Of a stretch of DNA of 38,316 nucleotides, positions 33,027-38,316 are shown one piece after another. Where the stretch lies: assembly GCA_964446645.1 (NCBI GenBank), contig CAYUPD010000001.1, positions 1 through 38,316 of the forward strand. Direction: 5' to 3'. The notes under the pieces were generated by a model, which was not told the DNA's origin, made no database searches, and saw only the letters and a list, made by a program, of their open reading frames with translations. This DNA is from an uncultured Rhodospirillaceae bacterium (GTDB taxonomy: Bacteria > Pseudomonadota > Alphaproteobacteria > UBA9219). Within the stretch, counting starts at the first letter, position 1. Each line of letters opens with the position of its first letter. Position numbers and translations under genes: made by a program.

Positions 33027-34759
33027 CAGCCATGCTCCTCATCCCGAGAGACATCCATGACCTGAGGCGTAATCGCCAGGAACATCATGAGATGAGTCTC
33101 GTTGCTCGAAGCGCCGCCGCCGAAAAGGAAGTTTTCCGGAGATCCGACTCCCTGCTTATTTTGCTGAATCCTTTCCTGATCGACGCCGCCGATGACGAGC
33201 GTTTGCCCGCTGCGCAGCATCGACTGCTGCACGAAAATACGATTGTCGGTGACCGGCAGGGAGATCGGAATATTGCCGTTGCCGCCCGTATTGAAGGTTG
33301 TGGAGCCCATGTCGCTGATGCCGATGAGGCTGAGCGAGTATTGAAGAAGGATGCGGCCGTCGTCGAGCAAGCGCGGCGTCAATTGGAGAGAGAAGCCGTC
33401 ATGAATGGTCGAAATGATGGGAGTATAGGTCGTCGTGGTCGAGGTCGTAGACGTGGTGTTCGTATCGACGGACGAAATGAAAGAGGTGTCCGTGCCGATG
33501 CGGCGCGACACGGGACGATTGTTGAGCGTCGTCATCGGGAACTGAGCGACCTGAGACGTATCGCCGACGGTCGAAAGAGCGTAAAAAATGCCCGACGCGT
33601 TCGACTTCGTATTGCCTGCGTTGTTGAGGATCGCGACGTTCAAAGCGCCGAGATCGTTGACGGTGAGGCTCGTATTGGTAATGCCGGGCATGCCCGCCGA
33701 CGTATAGCTGACGCCGCCGATGCGCTTCAGGAAAGCCGTAAAGGCGCCGTCGTAGTCTTCGCTCTTTCCGAGATTGACGTTGTAGACCTGAACGTTAATC
33801 GCGATCTGGCGCGTGAGCCGTTTATTTTCCTTCGAGATGTAATCGGCGATCTGCGTCATGATTTCGGGCGTCGTCGTGACGGTGACGGTGCCCATGGTCG
33901 GCGAAATGATGGCCGAACCTTGAGAACCGACCATGGCCGTCAACACGGAAGTCAACTCGTCCCAATACTTAAGCTCCATTTTCGAGGACGAGTTCTGGGT
34001 CAGCGTATTCGACGAGCTTTTATTGTAGCTGGTCGAACCGCTCGAACTGTTCGAGCTGTCGTCGTTGTCGTCCTGCATGCCTTCGTTGATCTCGAAGGTG
34101 CCGGGCAACGCCTCGACGACGAAGATGCGGGTTTCGTAGCGGGAGATATAGATGGCCGCGCCGTCGAAACGCCACGTGACGCCGAAATGAGCGCTGACGC
34201 GATCGAGCAAGCCCGACAAAGGCCCCTCGTAGGATATGAGCATATCGTTGTCGGCCGAGGTATCGTTAGCCGTCGACGCCGAGGTCGGGGCGGGAGCGGA
34301 CGTAAACGCAGCCGGCTGCGCCGTCGCCGCGGCCTGAGGGGCGGCGGCCGACGTTTTGCCCGGAAGGGAAAGGAACAGGAGGCGGACGGGAACGCCGGTC
34401 TGGACGCCGACGGAGCTGGCGATATCCGCCAAAGACATCGGCTCGGAGGACACGAGCGTCACGCCGCGCTCTTCTTCATACCGCGCGGGCAAGGGAATGC
34501 CGCGATGCATGCGGCGCGCGGCATTGCCGCTCCACAATTTATTCGTAACGGTCAGGGGATCGAAATTGGCGGCGTTCGGGCTTTTCTTTTGTGTTGAATC
34601 AAGAGCGGTTTTTGCCTCTTCGGCCCTTTTATCGATGGCCTCGCGCATCACCTTGGTTTGAACGCATGCGCCAGCACTCAGGCAAACGCCGACGATGACG
34701 ACGGCAGCGCAAAGCTTTTTCAGAAGGCTTTTGGCACGCGTCGTTCGAGTTAAGGCCAT
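33026..34759 (-). CDS. PilN-family type IVb pilus outer-membrane lipoprotein secretin
   Basis: ATG at 34759 with GGAG 7 nt upstream. Lipoprotein signal MALTRTTRAKSLLKKLCAAVVIVGVCLSAGA-C. Ser/Thr-rich linkers. C-terminal secretin domain (LQLTPRLLDDGRILLQYSLSL...LRSGQTLVIGGVDQERIQQNKQGVG...MMFLAITPQVMD). The Arg-rich 68-codon upstream extension in the ORF track is rejected. Confidence 0.85.
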   Translation of the reverse strand: MALTRTTRAKSLLKKLCAAVVIVGVCLSAGACVQTKVMREAIDKRAEEAKTALDSTQKKSPNAANFDPLTVTNKLWSGNAARRMHRGIPLPARYEEERGVTLVSSEPMSLADIASSVGVQTGVPVRLLFLSLPGKTSAAAPQAAATAQPAAFTSAPAPTSASTANDTSADNDMLISYEGPLSGLLDRVSAHFGVTWRFDGAAIYISRYETRIFVVEALPGTFEINEGMQDDNDDSSNSSSGSTSYNKSSSNTLTQNSSSKMELKYWDELTSVLTAMVGSQGSAIISPTMGTVTVTTTPEIMTQIADYISKENKRLTRQIAINVQVYNVNLGKSEDYDGAFTAFLKRIGGVSYTSAGMPGITNTSLTVNDLGALNVAILNNAGNTKSNASGIFYALSTVGDTSQVAQFPMTTLNNRPVSRRIGTDTSFISSVDTNTTSTTSTTTTYTPIISTIHDGFSLQLTPRLLDDGRILLQYSLSLIGISDMGSTTFNTGGNGNIPISLPVTDNRIFVQQSMLRSGQTLVIGGVDQERIQQNKQGVGSPENFLFGGGASSNETHLMMFLAITPQVMDVSRDEEHG

Positions 34760-34770
34760 TTGCTTCTCCG

Positions 34771-35709
34771 TTAATTCGAATAGCTGTTGCCGCGTGTTTG
34801 GACGACGAGGACTTTTTGGCCGGCCGAGGCGTTGACGTGCAATTCGCCGAAGGGCTGCGGTCTGGCGGCATCGAACCCGGCGAGCAGGTTGCGGACGGCG
34901 TCTTCGAATCCTCTGTTGAAATTGGCGGAAGCTTCGATCGGATAATCGTATTCGGCAAGCCACTTAAGCTCAATGCCCGCGCGGCGGCACCAGTCCGTCA
35001 AAACGGCATGCAGCGTGCTGCCGCGTTCGGCCGTCCACGAGCCAACCGGGACAGCGTCTGCAGCGGGAACGACGACCGGCGCGGAAGCGGCGACAGTTTC
35101 CTGAGACGGGAAGACGGCGGGCCGAGGCAAGGATTGCGGCGCTTTTTGAGCGATGGGAGAAACAGCCCCTTGAGCCGGCATGACCGTGACGACCGTTCCG
35201 TTTTTAGCAAAGGCCAGATCGACGGCGGCAAGCATAGCTTCGAGCGTCGCGTCCCACGGCCTGCCGCTTTTATACGAAACGAGCGTGTTCATATCGACGC
35301 CCGGAGAAATCGAAAACGTGTAGCCCACGGGCAAGAGCTGGCGCAGCGCGAGCGTCAGGGGGACGTGCGAAGCGAAGCCTTCGACGACGGGCTCTTTCGA
35401 CGTTTCTTTGGCGGGTTGCGGCGTTATGCTGATGGTTTCGTTTGCCAGATCGACCTTGGCTTCGTTTTTAACTTCGGCCTTAGGCACGGAAACGAGGCCT
35501 ACATCGGTTTTTATCTCGCTTTTCGGTTCCGCAACGATGGGCGAAAGAGGCAGTGGCGCGGCGTAAGGGCTTGGCTCGGAAGAACTATAAGGAGTTTCTC
35601 CAGCTGGAGCGACCCACTTAAATCCCGCGAAGGCAGGAGAGGACGAAAGAGCAAAACCTAAAAGCAGGGTTGCAGCGCCACAGAAAGAGGGAAGAAGTCT
35701 GTCAGGCAT
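34771..35709 (-). CDS. PilL/TcpQ-domain pilus biogenesis protein (secreted)
   Basis: Signal peptide ...LLLGFALSSSPAFA-GF. A secretin-N/PilL-like segment VPLTLALRQLLPVGYTFSISPGVD. A C-terminal TcpQ-like domain WTAERGSTLHAVLTDWCRRAGIELKWLAEYDYPIEASANFNRGFEDAVRNLL. It ends 11 nt upstream of the secretin gene. Confidence 0.7.
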   Translation of the reverse strand: MPDRLLPSFCGAATLLLGFALSSSPAFAGFKWVAPAGETPYSSSEPSPYAAPLPLSPIVAEPKSEIKTDVGLVSVPKAEVKNEAKVDLANETISITPQPAKETSKEPVVEGFASHVPLTLALRQLLPVGYTFSISPGVDMNTLVSYKSGRPWDATLEAMLAAVDLAFAKNGTVVTVMPAQGAVSPIAQKAPQSLPRPAVFPSQETVAASAPVVVPAADAVPVGSWTAERGSTLHAVLTDWCRRAGIELKWLAEYDYPIEASANFNRGFEDAVRNLLAGFDAARPQPFGELHVNASAGQKVLVVQTRGNSYSN

Positions 35710-35982
35710 GTCGACGGCCCTTTGTCTTTGAAACGCAAAGTGATTCGCAAATACTATAGGGAGAACCCAGCCAGAGCAACATGGGAATTGCGTAACGGAC
35801 GGATTTTCATAGGAGATGTGTCGTTTGAGAGGGACGTCTTTAGGGAATTAATTTGTTTCGGACGCGAGACGGATTTTGCCCGTCGGGCGTCTTCCGAAAA
35901 ATTACGCGGCCCGGCCGAAGAGGACGCTTTCTTCTTATCCTCATCCCGTTTATTCTTCAGGTTTCCGGCAAAAAGAAAAAGC

Positions 35983-38145
35983 ATGAAAAACATCGGCTCT
36001 CTTTTCTGTCTTCTCGTTTTTCTGGCGGGGTTCGGCGCGACGGCGTGGGCGCAACAAGCGACGCCGCAAAGCGCGCCCGCTGCGGTAAAAGCCGCCGAAC
36101 CGGCAAAACCGGTTGTTGAGCAGACGGCGCCTGCCGTTACGGCGCCCGTTGCGCCCGCGCCGCTCGCCACGCAGATCGAGAAGACAATCCAGACGATTGT
36201 AGACAAGACAGCGGCGATTGCGCAGCCCCCGGCGACGGACGAACCCGTTGAGCCGATTGCGGACACTTTCGTGCTCGATGTTCTGGACGCGCTCAATCAG
36301 GCCGGCTCTTTTCTGAAGCAAAACGCCGAAAAGCTCGGGTCGTTTTCTGCGGCGACGACCGACTTCGGCGCATGGCTGGGCGTTCAGGGAAGGGATTCGC
36401 GGCGCATCGCTTTGTGGGGATCTTTGGGCGGCGATTTTTTGATGATCGTCGTTCCGCCGTTTTTGGTCGGCGCGGCGTTGTTTTTCTTTCTGATGCCGCT
36501 GCGCAAGAAGCTGAAACTTAAAAGAAAAACTCTGCCTGAGAAAGTCTGGCTTCTTTTCGGATTGTTCTTTTTGCGGCTTATTCCCGTTCTTGCCTTTTTC
36601 GGCGCGGCGTTGGCGCTGCTCGAGCAAAACGAAACCCAACGGTTGCAACGCTTCGTCGTTTCAAACATCATTTATGCGTTGTCCCTCGCCTACGCCGTCC
36701 GGCAAGTTTTGAGAGGGCTTCTGTCTCCTTCGACGGACTACTTGCGGATTTTGCCTTTGTCGACTCCGCAAGCCGTTTCGATCAGCCGCTGGCTGAGCGC
36801 TTTTTCTTTTCTCGTCATCGGCGGTTATTTTGCCCTCGACATCGCCTCGGCCCTGCGCGTGCCGTCGAGCGTCGTCCTTATTTCGAAAAGCGTTTTCGCC
36901 GTCGGTTTGACGGTTCTGGCGATTGCGGCGATCTTTCGCCTGCGCGCGCCGATTGCTTCCATGCTGCGCGGATCGATCGATAAAAACTCGTCCGGCTTCA
37001 TCGACGTTATTCGTCTGGGGCTTGCGCGGCGGTGGCATAGCTTGGCCATCGCCTACCTGATGATCAGTCTGGCCGTTATTCTGATGGGCGTTGAAAACAA
37101 CATCGTCCTCGTGCTGCGTGGAACGATCTTAAGCATTATTGCGCTGATCGCGGCGCGCCTTGCCTATCTTGCCGCCGAACGCTGGCAAACGCCGCGCCCG
37201 GGCGAAACGCCGCTGGTTCACCGGCGGGTTATTTTCTTCCTGATGAGGCCATTTCTTTGGATTGCGGTTCTCGTGGGGATTGCCGCTTCGTGGGGACTGG
37301 ATGTGGGACGCCTTGCCGCGACGCCGCGCGGCGCACGTGTTTGGGGAGCCGTGGTATCGGTCGGATTGACTCTTTTTGTGCTGACTGTCCTTTACGAAGT
37401 TATCCACAGGTTGATTGATCGGCACCTGTCCCGGATCGACAAAGACGACCGGACGCCGCTGGCTTCGGCCCGTGCGCAAACGTTGCTTCCGATGCTGCGG
37501 ACGTCGGCGCTTATATTTCTTTCGACCATCGGCATATTCGTGTGTCTTTCGGCCATCGGCGTCGATATCGGGCCGCTTCTGGCCGGAGCCGGGATCGTCG
37601 GCGTCGCCATCGGTTTTGGCTCCCAAACTCTGGTTAAAGATTTTCTGACCGGGCTGTTCATTGTCGCCGAGAATACGATTGCCGTCGGCGACATTGTAAA
37701 GATCGACGATTTTTCGGGCGTTGTCGAAACGCTGAGTCTTCGGACGATACGCCTGCGCGCGTTTGACGGGTCTCTGCACATCCTGCCCTTCGGCGAAGTA
37801 TCGAAAATCACGAATATGACGCGGGGCTTTGCCTACGCGGTTATCGATATCGGCGTCGCGTACGACAGCGACCTCGACCGCGTTCTGGCCGTCCTGCGCG
37901 AAATCGGCGGCGAAATCCAGAGCGATCCGGCCTTCAAGCGTCTGATCGCGGCACCGATTGAGGTGTTGGGGGTCGAAGCGTTCGAAGCGTCGGCGATTAC
38001 GCTCCGAGCCCGCATTCGCACGCGGCCCGGGAAGCAATGGGACATCAAGCGAGAATTTTTGCTCCGCATGAAGCGGCGGTTTGACAAGGAAGGGATCGAA
38101 ATTCCCTTCCAAACGGTCGTCCATATAGAGAAAAAAGCGGAATAA
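35983..38145 (+). CDS. MscS-family mechanosensitive ion channel with a large N-terminal periplasmic/membrane domain (MscK/KefA-like)
   Basis: ATG at 35983 gives the signal peptide MKNIGSLFCLLVFLAGFGATAWA-QQ, followed by multiple TM helices. The MscS core is GFGSQTLVKDFLTGLFIVAENTIAVGDIVKIDDFSGVVETLSLRTIRLRAFDGSLHILPFGEVSKITNMTRG. Confidence 0.9.
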   Translation: MKNIGSLFCLLVFLAGFGATAWAQQATPQSAPAAVKAAEPAKPVVEQTAPAVTAPVAPAPLATQIEKTIQTIVDKTAAIAQPPATDEPVEPIADTFVLDVLDALNQAGSFLKQNAEKLGSFSAATTDFGAWLGVQGRDSRRIALWGSLGGDFLMIVVPPFLVGAALFFFLMPLRKKLKLKRKTLPEKVWLLFGLFFLRLIPVLAFFGAALALLEQNETQRLQRFVVSNIIYALSLAYAVRQVLRGLLSPSTDYLRILPLSTPQAVSISRWLSAFSFLVIGGYFALDIASALRVPSSVVLISKSVFAVGLTVLAIAAIFRLRAPIASMLRGSIDKNSSGFIDVIRLGLARRWHSLAIAYLMISLAVILMGVENNIVLVLRGTILSIIALIAARLAYLAAERWQTPRPGETPLVHRRVIFFLMRPFLWIAVLVGIAASWGLDVGRLAATPRGARVWGAVVSVGLTLFVLTVLYEVIHRLIDRHLSRIDKDDRTPLASARAQTLLPMLRTSALIFLSTIGIFVCLSAIGVDIGPLLAGAGIVGVAIGFGSQTLVKDFLTGLFIVAENTIAVGDIVKIDDFSGVVETLSLRTIRLRAFDGSLHILPFGEVSKITNMTRGFAYAVIDIGVAYDSDLDRVLAVLREIGGEIQSDPAFKRLIAAPIEVLGVEAFEASAITLRARIRTRPGKQWDIKREFLLRMKRRFDKEGIEIPFQTVVHIEKKAE

Positions 38146-38316
38146 AAATTCCTTTTTCCCCTGCCGCGCAGAATTTTTTTAAGGCTTGCGCCGGGAGTTT
38201 CGACCTTTAATTACGCGTTAGTTGGTTGGAATATATATAAAAAATACTTTGCAATCTTTTTTTCCATCGGTTTGTTAATAAAGCTTACCATCCCTTAAAA
38301 CCTGTGTTAGAGTATG

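Noticed and set aside
29533-34597. Long plus-strand ORFs (29533-30948, 471 aa; 32124-33065, 313 aa; 33032-34597, 521 aa) antisense to the T4b ATPase, PilO-like and secretin genes
   Set aside because: They are Arg/Gly/Asp-rich, low-complexity shadow ORFs. The minus-strand products carry clear family motifs and coupled junctions.
38285-38313. Promoter-like TTACCA-N17-(TG)n-TAGAGT at the window edge
   Set aside because: The motif is plausible, but the downstream gene lies outside the window, so it cannot be supported as a feature.
1-38316. CRISPR arrays, tRNA/rRNA genes, IS elements, long direct or inverted repeats, toxin-antitoxin pairs or recognisable defence-system genes
   Set aside because: Intergenic regions are short. 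None contains spaced repeats, tRNA cloverleaf or T-loop signatures, transposase-like ORFs or terminal inverted repeats that I could detect by eye. A computational repeat scan would be needed to exclude short dispersed repeats.

Overview
This window looks like a chromosomal segment of an alphaproteobacterium. The evidence is a SciP/DUF1153 regulator, a class II EPSP synthase, the nadD-rsfS-rlmH block and the rpsA...ihfB neighbourhood. It is gene-dense and mostly housekeeping: rpsA, ihfB, rlmH, rsfS, nadD, xerD, aroK, rsmA, a dsbD-like gene, yqgE, RNase J, sciP, mutS, acpS, rppH, grpE, aroA, mltG and yggS. I found no rRNA, tRNA, CRISPR array, IS element or long repeat. The main finding is a six-gene minus-strand cluster at 27842-35709. 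It encodes the assembly core of an R64/ICE-type type IVb pilus: a PilL/TcpQ-like protein, a PilN lipoprotein secretin, PilO2-like and PilP-like proteins, a GspE-family ATPase and a GspF-family platform protein. The cluster has no pilin, prepilin peptidase, PilT/PilV or conjugation/ICE genes, and it sits directly between yggS and a mechanosensitive channel gene. A distant orphan ORF (8618-9160) has a pilin-like layout but no canonical prepilin cleavage motif. Other points of interest:
- an A/T-richer orphan 489-aa ORF inserted between rpsA and ihfB
- a possible unannotated 48-codon lipoprotein ORF that heads a chain of translationally coupled genes
- a lysine-rich N-terminal extension on RsfS
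- an UPF0237/UPF0210 gene pair
- an A/T-richer asparaginase/GatD-like gene
- a 630-nt GC-rich gap of unclear coding status upstream of acpS
All family calls come from reading motifs in the supplied translations. No database search was run.
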